Shown: one piece after another, positions 1 through 10,292 of the stretch
Layout of the letters: the number at the start of each line of letters is the position of its first letter
Numbering within the stretch: the stretch's first letter is position 1
Assembly (NCBI GenBank): GCA_042408215.1
Contig: JAYFMW010000007.1
Span: 160,001 to 224,000, forward strand
Source: Microcoleus sp.
Lineage (GTDB): Bacteria; Cyanobacteriota; Cyanobacteriia; Cyanobacteriales; Microcoleaceae
Reading direction: 5' to 3'
Length of the DNA: 64,000 nt
The notes under the pieces: generated by a model
Told to the model about the DNA's origin: nothing
Databases searched by the model: none
What the model saw: only the letters and a program-made list of their open reading frames with translations
Made by a program: the position numbers and the translations under genes

Positions 1-1783
1 AGTTTTCTTGATACAAAGACCTCAATAATTGTTTGAGAAAAAAAGGATTTCCGGCGGTTTTGTCTAACAATAATTTTCCGAGAATTGCAGCTTTATTGAC
101 TGAACAATTCAGAGTTTCAGACACTAATTGATTGACCTCAGAAATTGCTAAGGGTTTCACTGCTATTTCTGTCATCGGAATTCCTGTTGTCCGAATTGCC
201 TCATTTGCTAGCATCAAGGGATGCGTTGGACTGACTTCATTATCCCGATAGGCGTTAATCACTAGGAAATAAGGGTTTTTTGCCATGCAATTGTGTTGAT
301 ACATATTGACTGTTCCAGCATCTATCCACTGACAGTCGTCGAGAAATAGTACCAAGGGATGTTCGGCAGTTGCTATGGCGTGGATTAAATTTTGCATGAC
401 TCGGTTGAAGCGGTTTTGAGATTCAATAGCACCGAGTTCGGGTACGGGAGGTTGCGGGCCTAAAATTAACTCTAATTCGGGGATGGCATCGATCGCAATT
501 TGAGCATTTACATCCAAAGCGTTTAGGAGTGTTGCTCGCCATTGTGCTAACTGAGTTGGGCTTGACATTAAAATTTGATTTACCAAACTCCTCATGGCTT
601 GATTGAAAGAAGCGTAGGGAATATTGCGCTTAAATTGGTCAAATTTACCAGAGATAAAATAGCCGCGCTGTCTGGTTAAATCGCGAATAATTTCATGGAC
701 TAATGCTGATTTGCCAATGCCTGAATATCCCGATACTAGGACTATTTCACTGCCGCCTTTGCTAACTCGATCGAATATTTGTAATAGTTGTTCTACTTGT
801 TTTTCACGTCCGTAAAGTCTTTGGGGAATCGACAACTGGCTCATGGCATCGAGTTGGCCGGGGATCAAGTCGGAAATTAGACCCTGACTTTGAATTTGAT
901 TTTGGCACTGTTCTAAATCTGCTAACAATCCTGTGGCGCTTTGATACCGATCTTCGGCATTTTTTGCCATGAGTTTTTCGACAATTTGTGCTATAATGGG
1001 GGGGATTTTAGGGTTTAATTCAAGAATTGGCACGGGTTGTTTGGCAATGTGACAGTGTACCAGTTCTAAGGGTTCGCTGCTCTGAAATGGTAATTGTTTT
1101 GTCAGCAGTTCGTAAAAGGTGACACCTAGAGAATAGAAATCGCTGCGGTAGTCTAGGTCTCGATTCATGCGCCCAGTTTGTTCTGGGGACATATAGGCGA
1201 GGGTTCCTTCTAGTCGATCGGGATTTTTTAAGTTTTGCTGTTCTTGATTTAACCGCGAAGCGATGCTAAAGTCCGTGAGTTTTACTTGCTCAGTTTCAGG
1301 ATTGATGATAATATTTGCAGGTTTGATATCTTTGTGAATAATTTGCTGTTGGTGAAGGGATATTAAAGCTTTTGCCAAGGACACGGCAATATTGAGAAAC
1401 TGGGTGATTGAGAATTCGCAATCCTTGGCTGGTAATGCTATGTTTGCGATTTTTTGACGTTCAGGATTTGAGGGATATCCTAGGCTTGTCATCCATTTTC
1501 TCAGCGATCGCCCTCCAAGATCTTCTAAGATTAATAATAAGCAATTTTGATGATTTTCGATTCCATAGACTTTGATGATATACTGAGAGTCGAGATGTTG
1601 AGTAATTTGATATTCGTGCTTGAGTCTGGCGATCTGGTCTAGGGTGGGACAGTCGGTGTTTAAAACTTTGAGAATGACAAACTGTCTGTCGGCTGTCGAT
1701 ACTGCCCGATAGATAACTGTGTGAGCTCCTTGGTGGATGAGTTCTTGCAGCTCATAACCAGAAAATCCTGCAACTGGCAGCAT
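1..1783 (-). CDS. Ser/Thr protein kinase fused to AAA ATPase (N-terminal part of a cyanobacterial kinase/ATPase/sensor protein); runs off the window start
   Basis: Not in ORF track. Manual translation from ATG at 1783 gives MLPVAGFSGYELQELIHQGAHTVIYRA, then kinase motifs IHKDIKPANI, DFSIAS, GTLAYMSPEQTGRMNR, and P-loop GYSGIGKS with Walker B LFLDDCQW. Confidence 0.9.
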   Translation of the reverse strand, partial: MLPVAGFSGYELQELIHQGAHTVIYRAVSTADRQFVILKVLNTDCPTLDQIARLKHEYQITQHLDSQYIIKVYGIENHQNCLLLILEDLGGRSLRKWMTSLGYPSNPERQKIANIALPAKDCEFSITQFLNIAVSLAKALISLHQQQIIHKDIKPANIIINPETEQVKLTDFSIASRLNQEQQNLKNPDRLEGTLAYMSPEQTGRMNRDLDYRSDFYSLGVTFYELLTKQLPFQSSEPLELVHCHIAKQPVPILELNPKIPPIIAQIVEKLMAKNAEDRYQSATGLLADLEQCQNQIQSQGLISDLIPGQLDAMSQLSIPQRLYGREKQVEQLLQIFDRVSKGGSEIVLVSGYSGIGKSALVHEIIRDLTRQRGYFISGKFDQFKRNIPYASFNQAMRSLVNQILMSSPTQLAQWRATLLNALDVNAQIAIDAIPELELILGPQPPVPELGAIESQNRFNRVMQNLIHAIATAEHPLVLFLDDCQWIDAGTVNMYQHNCMAKNPYFLVINAYRDNEVSPTHPLMLANEAIRTTGIPMTEIAVKPLAISEVNQLVSETLNCSVNKAAILGKLLLDKTAGNPFFLKQLLRSLYQEN

Positions 1784-2026
1784 GGGTTGTCCTTTTCAAG
1801 TTGATAAATCACGTCCTTATTCTAGGATGCCACATATTCAGCAAAGTTGAATGAGGGGCGATCGGCTGGTCAATCGATTTGAGATTTGAGATTTGAGATG
1901 GGAAATGGCAAATTACAAATTATCAGAAAATGTCGATCGCCAAAAAACTGTTAACTTTCCTTACAATTTCGACAGTAGGGTAACAGTCAGGTGATAGGAT
2001 GCCTGAAAAATCCTTTGGATATATCT

Positions 2027-2452
2027 ATGGCAGAAGAACTCACTGGACAACCCCCTATTTTCGGCGGCAGCACCGGCGGCTTGCTGACTAAGGCCCTAGT
2101 TGAAGAGAAATACGCGATCACTTGGACTAGCCCCAAGGAACAGGTGTTTGAAATGCCGACTGGCGGCGCTGCAATCATGCGTCAAGGCGACAACCTGCTG
2201 TATCTGCCCCGGAAGGAGCAGTGTATCGCTTTGGGCGGCCAACAACTGCGGTCTAAGTTCAAAATCACGAACTACAAGATTTACCGTGTATTTCCCGACG
2301 GTTCTAATGAGTACCTGCATCCCAAGGATGGCGTGTTCCCTGAGAAGGTGAACGAAGGTCGTGCGTACAACGGTAAGATTGACCGCAATATTGGCAGCAA
2401 TCCTAATCCGATCAAGGTGAAGTTCACCGGTAAAAAGACCTACGAAGTTTAG
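2027..2452 (+). CDS. psaD: Photosystem I reaction centre subunit II
   Basis: [20 protein letters not shown]...[14 protein letters not shown]...RKEQC...[15 protein letters not shown] at 2027 preferred over the ORF-track start at 1991. Confidence 0.97.
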   Translation: MAEELTGQPPIFGGSTGGLLTKALVEEKYAITWTSPKEQVFEMPTGGAAIMRQGDNLLYLPRKEQCIALGGQQLRSKFKITNYKIYRVFPDGSNEYLHPKDGVFPEKVNEGRAYNGKIDRNIGSNPNPIKVKFTGKKTYEV

Positions 2453-2612
2453 GTTTCGATCTAATTGCTGGGCTGGTTCGGGGAGTATTTCCTGAAAAGC
2501 TCAGCTTGCATTTTCTGGTTTGTAGTAGCGCTTGGGCGGGGGAGGGTCAACCTACAGCGCCCAAGCGCAACTGCAAACTTCCCATCTAATTAAAAATTAA
2601 TAATTATCAAAA

Positions 2613-3473
2613 ATGAAGGTGGAAATCAGGCGAGCAACTCCTGCGGATGTTGATGCTTGTGCTCGGATTAATTATGAAGCTTTTAAGGGTGTTTCCGATC
2701 GCCATCAGTTCCCTACAGATTTTCCGACGCTGGATTTGGCAACAGAAATCACCGATATTTTAATCAACAGCCCGTCGTATTTTGACATTGTAGCTGAAAG
2801 CGAAGGCTCGGTTGTGGGCTGCGGTTTTATGGACGAACAGAACCCGATTCGCGGCATTGGGCCAGTTAGTGTCGATCGCACTTTTCAAGGAAAAGGAACC
2901 GGAAGAGAAATCATGAAAGCCTTACTGGAACAGGGACAGGAGGCTGTCGGCATTCGCCTAGTTCAGGAATCTTTTAACTTGGCATCCCTGTCACTATACA
3001 TTTCTCTGGGTTTTGAGGTGAAGGAACCTTTGGTATTGATGGAGGGGAAATTTCGCAGTCAGCCCCAGTATGGGTTTGAGGTGCGGCCGCTCAGGAGTGA
3101 AGATGTTGACGAATGTCAGGCTTTGTGTAATAGAGTGTATGGGTGCGATCGCACTTCCGAGATAGAATACGCCCTGAATAACCTTTCTCCCTTAGTTGCC
3201 ACCAAACAAGGTCGGATTGTGGCCTATACTTGTGCGGTGTCTGCTTTCGGCCACAGCGTCGCCGAAACTGAAGCGGCTATGCAGGCTTTACTGTTGGGTG
3301 CTGCTGCGTATAGTCCCGGAGAAGTGCTTTGTTTCCACTTACCGGTGCGTTATGCAAGCTTGTTTCGCTGGTGTTTGCAAGAGGGGCTGCGCGGGCTCAA
3401 GCCCCTGGCGGTGATGGCAGTTGGCGAGTATCAGCAGCCTGCGGGATGTTGCTTTCCGTCCTATCTTTATTGA
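2613..3473 (+). CDS. GNAT family N-acetyltransferase (tandem GNAT-like)
   Basis: EIRRATPAD N-terminus; acetyl-CoA motif VDRTFQGKGTGR; SLYISLGF. Confidence 0.85.
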   Translation: MKVEIRRATPADVDACARINYEAFKGVSDRHQFPTDFPTLDLATEITDILINSPSYFDIVAESEGSVVGCGFMDEQNPIRGIGPVSVDRTFQGKGTGREIMKALLEQGQEAVGIRLVQESFNLASLSLYISLGFEVKEPLVLMEGKFRSQPQYGFEVRPLRSEDVDECQALCNRVYGCDRTSEIEYALNNLSPLVATKQGRIVAYTCAVSAFGHSVAETEAAMQALLLGAAAYSPGEVLCFHLPVRYASLFRWCLQEGLRGLKPLAVMAVGEYQQPAGCCFPSYLY

Positions 3474-3494
3474 TTGTATAGCTAAGTTATATAT

Positions 3495-5049
3495 ATGATA
3501 TTTCCAGATTTCTCACAATTCTCCGAACTGGCGAAACAAGGCAATTTTGTGCCGGTGTATCAAGAATGGGTGGCTGATTTAGATACGCCAGTTTCTGCGT
3601 GGTATCGGGTATGTGCCGATCAACCTTACAATTTTCTGCTGGAGTCGGTGGAAGGTGGGGAGAAAGTTGGGCGTTATAGTTTGTTAGGGTGCGATCCGCT
3701 GTGGATTTTGGAGGCTAAGGGCGATCGAACAACTCAAGTTTACCGCGACGGTTCCCAAAAAGTATTTACGGGCGATCCATTTGCGGCTTTGACTGAGTGT
3801 TTGGAACCTTACAAACCGGTGAAATTGCCACAGTTACCGCCGGGAATTGGCGGGTTATTTGGTTTTTGGGGTTATGAGTTAATTAAGTGGATTGAGCCGC
3901 GTGTTCCTGTGTATCCGGCGGGGGAAAAAGATTTGCCCGATGGGTTGTGGATGCAGGTTGATAATTTGCTGATTTTCGACCAGGTGAAGCGGAAAATTTG
4001 GGCGGTGGCTTATGCGGATTTGCGGGATGTTGGGGTTGATTTAGCTGAGGCTTATCAGCAAGCGTGCGATCGGGTTTCTCACTTAGTCGATCGGCTGAAA
4101 TCGCCACTTTCTGCGGCAATCTACTCTCATAGAATGGACTCCTCCCAATAACTGGCAAGGTGCCCGTTCCACAACCGGAAATACAGAAACAGAATTGGCT
4201 TATACCAGCAATACTACTCCAGAAAAGTATTGTGCCAATGTCATAAAAGCTAAGGATTATATCAAAGCAGGAGATATTTTTCAAGTAGTTATTTCCCAGC
4301 GTTTGGAATCTGAATACAGCGGCGATCCTTTTGCACTTTATCGCTCTTTGCGTTTGATTAATCCTTCTCCGTACATGGCTTATTTCAATTTCGGAGATTG
4401 GCAGATTATCGGTTCGAGTCCAGAGATTATGGTGAAGGCGGAAAACACGCCAGATGGCAAGAGAATCGCAACTTTGCGCCCGATCGCCGGGACTCGCCGC
4501 CGGGGTAAAACTCCCCAAGAAGATGATGCTTTGGCGGCTGAATTGTTGCAAGATCCGAAGGAAATTGCCGAACACGTCATGTTAGTTGATTTGGGCAGAA
4601 ATGACTTAGGCAGAGTTTGCCGCAGCGGTACGGTAAAAGTTGATGAATTAATGGGAATTGAGCGTTATTCTCATGTAATGCACATTGTGAGCAATGTGGT
4701 GGGAGAATTGGCTGAGGATAAGACGGCTTGGGATTTGTTGAAAGCTGGTTTTCCTGCGGGTACGGTTAGCGGTGCTCCGAAGATTCGGGCGATGGAAATT
4801 GTGCACGAGTTGGAAGGTTGCCGCCGGGGCCCGTATTCTGGGGTTTATGGGTATTATGATTTTGAGGGACAATTGAATAGTGCGATCGCAATTCGGACTA
4901 TGGTTGTTCGTTCTTTAGGTGATGATAAACATTCGGTTTCTGTGCAAGCCGGTGCTGGTTTGGTGGCTGATTCTAACCCGGAAATGGAATATGAGGAAAC
5001 TCTTAATAAAGCGAGGGGGATGTTGGAGGCCATTCGCTGTTTGAAATAG
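3495..5049 (+). CDS. trpE: Anthranilate synthase component I, split by an apparent +1 frameshift near 4113-4118
   Basis: ORF 3495-4151 ([13 protein letters not shown]) and ORF 4195-5049 ([33 protein letters not shown]) join into one frame if one base is removed near 4115. Confidence 0.92.
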
Positions 5050-5085
5050 GGAATTAGGGCATTGGGCATTGGGCATTGGGCATTG
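5050..5085 (+). repeat. STRR heptamer tandem repeat (GGGCATT)n
   Basis: Four GGGCATT copies right after the trpE stop. Confidence 0.85.
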
Positions 5086-5162
5086 GCGAGGCGGAGCCTC
5101 TGGATCTGCGTTACTAGGCAGAGCCTGGTAACGAGAAAACGACAAATCAGGAGACGGCAGTG

Positions 5163-5364
5163 CCCATAGGTGTCAACTTAAGGCTGAAACTCTTGAGAAA
5201 TCTGGGTTTTATCCCAAGTCTAGATCCCCCTAAATCCCCCTTAAGAAGGGGGACTTTGAGAAGACTCCTGTCCCCCCCTTTTTAAGGGGGGCTAGGGGGG
5301 ATCTAGATTTAATCGTCAAACAGCAGTCTCTGATTGGGTTTGACCTTAAGTTGACACTAATGGG
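5163..5364. mobile_element. MITE-like element with terminal inverted repeats, carrying an internal CCCCTTAAGAAGGGG palindromic repeat
   Basis: cccatagGTGTCAACTTAAGG ... CCTTAAGTTGACACtaatggg inverted ends. Confidence 0.7.
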
Positions 5365-5454
5365 CTCTTGGCAGTGTCCCTACAAGATTATTTGGGAGTA
5401 GGGAAACGGCATTGCCGTGTCCGACTTTGCTGACCATTTACCAAAAACATAATT

Positions 5455-6339
5455 ATGAATTTTTACATAGTTGACGTGTTTGCCGAGTCAAAATATGCTG
5501 GCAACCAGCTAGCCGTATTTTGCGGTGCGGGAGTTGCTGAGCTATCTGAGGCCCAAATGCTGATGATAGCAAGGGAAATCAATTATTCGGAAACCACATT
5601 TGTGCGATCGGCCGAAATGCAAAACGGCGGCTACGACGTGCGGATATTCACCCCCAAAAAGGAATTACCCTTTGCCGGTCATCCCACATTAGGAACAGCA
5701 TTCGTTTTGCAACAAGAAATTATCAAAAAACTTGTAGAACAAGTTATTTTAAATCTAGCAGTCGGTCAAATTCCAGTTACTTTCAACTATCACAATGAAG
5801 CCGCAGATATTTTATGGATGCGACAAAATCCGCCTAAATTTGGTCAAGTTTTATCAGCCGAAAGTCTCGCAAACGTGCTGAATTTAGAAGTCGATGAAAT
5901 TGATTCTAGATTCCCAATTCAAGAAGTTTCTACGGGAGTACCGTTTATCATTGTACCATTAAAAACTCTCGCATCCCTCAAAAAAGCTCAAGTCAACTTA
6001 GATAAATATTTTGAGCTGATTGAGACAACAGAAGCCAAAGAAATTTTGATATTTTGTCCAGAGACTTACAATGATATTAATGACTTGAGCGTGCGAGTCT
6101 TTGCCCATTCTTTAGGAATTCCCGAAGATCCGGCCACCGGGAGTGCAAATGGCTGTTTGGCTGGATATTTGGTAGAATATGCTGATTATGGCGCAGAAAA
6201 GATTGATGTGAGAGTCGAGCAGGGTTATGAGATTAATAGACCTTCTTTGCTGTTGTTGCAAGCTCAAAGAAATCAAGGTAAAATAGAAGTGTTGGTAGGC
6301 GGAAAAGTGGTGATGGTTGCTAAGGGGGAATTTGTGTAG
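5455..6339 (+). CDS. PhzF family epimerase/isomerase
   Basis: VDVFAE..GNQLAV, SETTFV, RIFTP..ELPFAGHPTLG, EDPATGSANG. Confidence 0.93.
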   Translation: MNFYIVDVFAESKYAGNQLAVFCGAGVAELSEAQMLMIAREINYSETTFVRSAEMQNGGYDVRIFTPKKELPFAGHPTLGTAFVLQQEIIKKLVEQVILNLAVGQIPVTFNYHNEAADILWMRQNPPKFGQVLSAESLANVLNLEVDEIDSRFPIQEVSTGVPFIIVPLKTLASLKKAQVNLDKYFELIETTEAKEILIFCPETYNDINDLSVRVFAHSLGIPEDPATGSANGCLAGYLVEYADYGAEKIDVRVEQGYEINRPSLLLLQAQRNQGKIEVLVGGKVVMVAKGEFV

Positions 6340-6368
6340 AATCCGCAAATCAAATAATCGTAAATACC

Positions 6369-6430
6369 TGTAGGGGCGGGTTTTACCAACCATAATGGTC
6401 AAAAACCAACAATCTTGTAAACCCGCCCCG
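6369..6430. repeat. GTAG-type REP-like palindrome (GTAGGGGCGGGTTT...AAACCCGCCCC); related copies near 7884-7945, 8015-8080, 27010-27073
   Basis: Inverted repeat with a variable spacer, seen several times in intergenic DNA. Confidence 0.75.
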
Positions 6431-6533
6431 GCCGCAACTTCTGTGCATAACTTCTGTTAATATGAGCTAGCTCATATTCATTAATCCGCGTTAGTGGGAT
6501 AATGAAAGTGTCATCTTTACCAGATACTTTCCG

Positions 6534-7010
6534 ATGCTAGAAACATTTTCTCGGTGTTTAAATTTATCCCCTGAAGCTTCAGAAGCCCTGCTTTCACTTC
6601 CATTAACCACTGTGCTCGATTCACCGGAGCTCAGTCAACTGTTGGGAAGTCTCGATACTAATTTACTCAAAGAAAGCTTACCTACTGCTGGGGCAGTTTT
6701 AGCCCAACATCTCCCACCTTTTTACGACTGGTTGCAAACTGAACTAGGCATTGAAAAAGTCCCTGACAGTCCCGATCATACTACTAAATGGGTAGTCGGT
6801 TTTTTGAGAAATCAAGAAAGTTTAACTCGTTTAGTTGAGTTGCACAAATCGATTCCTAGACCGGCATTAGAACGATCGATTCCTCGTTTGGTTGGTATAT
6901 TTAAGGATGTGACACCCCTTGAACTTAAGCAAGAATGGGAAAAAGCGGTTGCAGCACTTTGTTTGGTACTCGCCGTAGCAGCCCGCGAAAATCAGCCATC
7001 GGCGGTATGA
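6534..7010 (+). CDS. Hypothetical protein
   Basis: 158-aa ORF with normal composition; no recognised motif. Confidence 0.7.
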   Translation: MLETFSRCLNLSPEASEALLSLPLTTVLDSPELSQLLGSLDTNLLKESLPTAGAVLAQHLPPFYDWLQTELGIEKVPDSPDHTTKWVVGFLRNQESLTRLVELHKSIPRPALERSIPRLVGIFKDVTPLELKQEWEKAVAALCLVLAVAARENQPSAV

Positions 7011-7027
7011 AGGGATTTGGTGCGAGT

Positions 7028-7876
7028 TTAGGTAAAGCGGTTTTTTCGGAAAATTTGTAATTGAGTGCGATCGATCTGAACTACCACTGGTTTTCGCTTG
7101 TTTAGGACGATCGCATTATGTCTATTTAGCAAAATAAATTGAGCCAATAGTACCACCAATACTCGCCGTTTCCGAAACTTTCCTTCAAATCTGGCCCTTC
7201 GGACGATCGCCTCTTCTATTTTATACCACCAGTTTTCACCTTTCTCGGAAATTACAAAAATTGTTCCGGGGATATAATCGCCTCCATTTGCCCAGAAAGC
7301 ATACCTTTCGCCTAAAGTAAAGTAATGAAAAACATTAGTAGCTGTAGAAGTCTTCGCTAACTTTTCACAAACGCCCAAAGCATTAAAAGTGACAGTCGAT
7401 CGAATATAATCTGGGTATTTTGCTACTATTTGTTGAGCGACTTTCCCGCCCAAACTTTCTCCGATGACATCCGCCGGATTCCCCCTGGCCAATTGCTGCT
7501 TAATCCAATCAATAGCACCCACAGTTTCCGCCGATTTCAACTGCCGCCTGAAACTGGCAATAAACACATCTGGCGTATCTTCCAAAACGCGATCGAAAGG
7601 ATACCACGAACCGTACCCGCGAATCACCAAAACCGGTGGATGATTAATAGAAACAGGAACTCTACCTTCAGCATAAAAACCCGTATCAGGACGTTCAAAC
7701 ACTTTTTCTACTAGATAATCATGTATAATTTCCCCCTCTTTGTGCCGAATATAAATTGAAGGATTACTGGGTTTGAAAGTATCGTGCAGTTGAGGTTTAG
7801 CAAACTTTTCGTAGATGGCATCTAACGAATGTCTTCCCGTTTGAGAATCGACAAAATCCGATTTGGTTGTTTTCAT
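7028..7876 (-). CDS. Alpha/beta hydrolase-like (lipase class 3-like) protein
   Basis: VLVIRG motif and nucleophile elbow GESLGG, then TVTFNA. Confidence 0.7.
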   Translation of the reverse strand: MKTTKSDFVDSQTGRHSLDAIYEKFAKPQLHDTFKPSNPSIYIRHKEGEIIHDYLVEKVFERPDTGFYAEGRVPVSINHPPVLVIRGYGSWYPFDRVLEDTPDVFIASFRRQLKSAETVGAIDWIKQQLARGNPADVIGESLGGKVAQQIVAKYPDYIRSTVTFNALGVCEKLAKTSTATNVFHYFTLGERYAFWANGGDYIPGTIFVISEKGENWWYKIEEAIVRRARFEGKFRKRRVLVVLLAQFILLNRHNAIVLNKRKPVVVQIDRTQLQIFRKNRFT

Positions 7877-8106
7877 TATTTGCTAGGGGCGGGTTTTACC
7901 AACAATATTTAATGAATACAAACAATCTACATCAACCAGCCCCCACACAACGAATAATCTCAATCAACTTTTACTTAGATCAAATGCGAAAAATGTACGC
8001 AGGGATTTACCCTTGGGCGAGGGCGGGTTTTAGAGATTGTCAATTATTGGCAAATATTGTAGGTAAAACCCGCCCCTACTATGCGAAAACAGTGCCCGAT
8101 CGACTT

Positions 8107-9405
8107 TTACAGAACTCGCAGAATGCTCGCAATACTATGGATTGATTCCATCGCCCTAATTTCATCAATAGCCTGTTGGAAATCACCTTCGCTAACATCA
8201 TAAGTCACGACCACAATTTCTGCTAAATCGCCGTGAATTCCCGTCTGCACAACAGATTCTAAACTAACTTTGCGATCGCCGAAACAAGTGCCGAGTTTAC
8301 CAATTACGCCCGGATGATCCAGCGTCAGAAACCGAGCGTAAAATCGCGTTACAAGTGCCTGCATTTCTGCAATTTTGCAGTAGTGTTGGTGAGTGCAACT
8401 CAGCAAAGGATGGGGAATAGGAACAGTTTCGGTTTTCAGAATAGCCGCAATATTCATTATGTCCGATACTACCGCGCTAGCTGTGGGCCCCGCACCGGCA
8501 CCGCGCCCGTACAACATCAATTGTCCGATCGGCTCTCCTTCTACTAAAATTGCATTGTAAACACCATTGACACTCGCCAGCGGATGAGTTTTCGGGACCA
8601 AGGTAGGATGCACTCTAATTGAAAGCATTTCTGTATCAAGTGTTGACTTGATATCTTGAGCAATAGCTAGCAATTTAATCACAAATCCCAGCTTGTCTGC
8701 ATAGTCAATATCAGCCGCACTAACTTGTCTGATACCTTCGCAGTAAACATCTTTTAAATTGATGCGTCCGCCAAAAGCTAGGGAAGCTAAAATAGCTATT
8801 TTATCCGCAGCATCTAATCCATCTACATCGGCTGTGGGGTCAGCTTCAGCATAACCTAATTCCTGTGCGTCGGCGAGCACTTCGGCAAAGTCTGCACCTT
8901 CTGTTTGCATCCGCGTCAGGATGTAATTAGTTGTGCCATTAACGATGCCGATGACTGTTTGAATGCGGTTTGCACCCAAGGATTGTTTGAGAGTTTGGAT
9001 GACTGGAATGCCGCCGCCGACAGCAGCTTCTAACATTACATAAACGCCTTTTTCGTTGGCGGCATCGAAGATTTCGTTGCTGTAGCGGGCAATAACTGCT
9101 TTGTTGGCGGTGACAACGTGCTTGCCGCTAGCAATAGCTTGCAGAATGAGCGATCGCGCCGGTTCCAATCCCCCGATCAATTCTACTACAATATCAACTT
9201 CCGGGTCAGTGACGATCGCTTCCAGGTCAGTTGTCAGCACATTTTCTGGCAATTGTAAAGACCGAGTTCGAGAAATATCGCGCACACCCACCCGATAGAT
9301 TTCCAATTCCTGCAACAGCGGATGACGGCCATCTGGGGAGAGCAAAATCTCTGCCGTTCCCGCGCCCACAGTACCTAAACCTAGCAAACCAATTTTGAAA
9401 GCCAC
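8107..9405 (-). CDS. hom: Homoserine dehydrogenase with C-terminal ACT domain
   Basis: GLGTVG, VVTANKA, EAAVGGGIP, NGTTNYIL, GYAEADPT, GAGAGPTASAV; GTG start. Confidence 0.96.
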   Translation of the reverse strand: MAFKIGLLGLGTVGAGTAEILLSPDGRHPLLQELEIYRVGVRDISRTRSLQLPENVLTTDLEAIVTDPEVDIVVELIGGLEPARSLILQAIASGKHVVTANKAVIARYSNEIFDAANEKGVYVMLEAAVGGGIPVIQTLKQSLGANRIQTVIGIVNGTTNYILTRMQTEGADFAEVLADAQELGYAEADPTADVDGLDAADKIAILASLAFGGRINLKDVYCEGIRQVSAADIDYADKLGFVIKLLAIAQDIKSTLDTEMLSIRVHPTLVPKTHPLASVNGVYNAILVEGEPIGQLMLYGRGAGAGPTASAVVSDIMNIAAILKTETVPIPHPLLSCTHQHYCKIAEMQALVTRFYARFLTLDHPGVIGKLGTCFGDRKVSLESVVQTGIHGDLAEIVVVTYDVSEGDFQQAIDEIRAMESIHSIASILRVL

Positions 9406-9447
9406 GACTTTGACCCGTAAAAACTCAATTAACCTACAATCATTGTA
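9377..9447. repeat. Direct repeat copy 1 (hom 5' end and leader)
   Basis: 43 bp (9377-9419) identical to 12768-12810; similarity continues to CTACAATCATTGTA. Confidence 0.92.
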
Positions 9448-9511
9448 AAATATTTTGGACTCAAGTATCTTAATTACTAGATATCTGTTGGAAAAATGCC
9501 GACAGTTACTA

Positions 9512-10249
9512 TCACTTAATCAGTGAAATTAACAAAACCCACACTGAGACTATCACAATTGCCAGTTTTCCTTGCCTGATCAATTGCTGTTGATCTTGCT
9601 CCATTTTTTTTAACAACCGCTTCTGGTTTTCTTGGTGATGATATCTCTCAAGTTTAAACGCCACCTCGCGCCCTTCCTGAAGCTCGCGGCGCAGCTCTTT
9701 TAAACCCGCAGATCCCCCTATTTCCTTGATTAAAGACTCAAATAATGTATAAAGCTCATTTAACTCTAGTTTTTCTTGCAAAAATTTATTGTATGTACTC
9801 TCATTCTGTTCAGTTAGCTCACGAATTTCTTCCAATTGCGTCAGAGCTTCACTTTTCGCACGGGATATCCCCACCTCTATAACTTCTACGATTTCTGCTT
9901 TCGCCGTTTCTACACGGGATATCTCCACCTCAATAACTTCTGCGATTTCTGCTTTCGCTGTTTCCGCACGGGATATCTCTGGTTGAACTTCACTTGTCGC
10001 ACGGGATATCTCTAGCTCAAATTCGCTTTTCGCACGGGATATCTCTAGCTCAAATTCGCTTTTCGCACGGGATATCTCTACCTCAATAACTTCTGCTATT
10101 TCCGCTTTCGCCTTTTCCGCACTGGATACATCTAGATCAACTTTTCTTACTTGCTCAAGCACCTTATTAGCTGCTGTGATACCCTCACTAATCTTTTTCG
10201 AGAGAAGATCGAGTTGACCGGCTATTTCAACATCACTTTGCATTTTCAC
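9512..10249 (-). CDS. Hypothetical coiled-coil protein with internal EISRA repeats and C-terminal transmembrane anchor
   Basis: GGAGG RBS 6 nt before GTG; repeated EISRAKSEFEL / ETAKAEIAEVIEV units; hydrophobic tail LAIVIVSVWVLLISLIK. Confidence 0.75.
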   Translation of the reverse strand: MKMQSDVEIAGQLDLLSKKISEGITAANKVLEQVRKVDLDVSSAEKAKAEIAEVIEVEISRAKSEFELEISRAKSEFELEISRATSEVQPEISRAETAKAEIAEVIEVEISRVETAKAEIVEVIEVGISRAKSEALTQLEEIRELTEQNESTYNKFLQEKLELNELYTLFESLIKEIGGSAGLKELRRELQEGREVAFKLERYHHQENQKRLLKKMEQDQQQLIRQGKLAIVIVSVWVLLISLIK

Positions 10250-10292
10250 AACTTACCTCCATTACAGTGACTTCATAATAAATTATTTCAGT

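Noticed and set aside
4105..4200. Programmed frameshift or natural split of trpE
   Set aside because: No slippery heptamer at the site, and similar indels elsewhere point to sequence error
3883..4575. 230-aa antisense ORF, and similar short ORFs overlapping long genes
   Set aside because: Shadow frames of well-supported genes with no motifs
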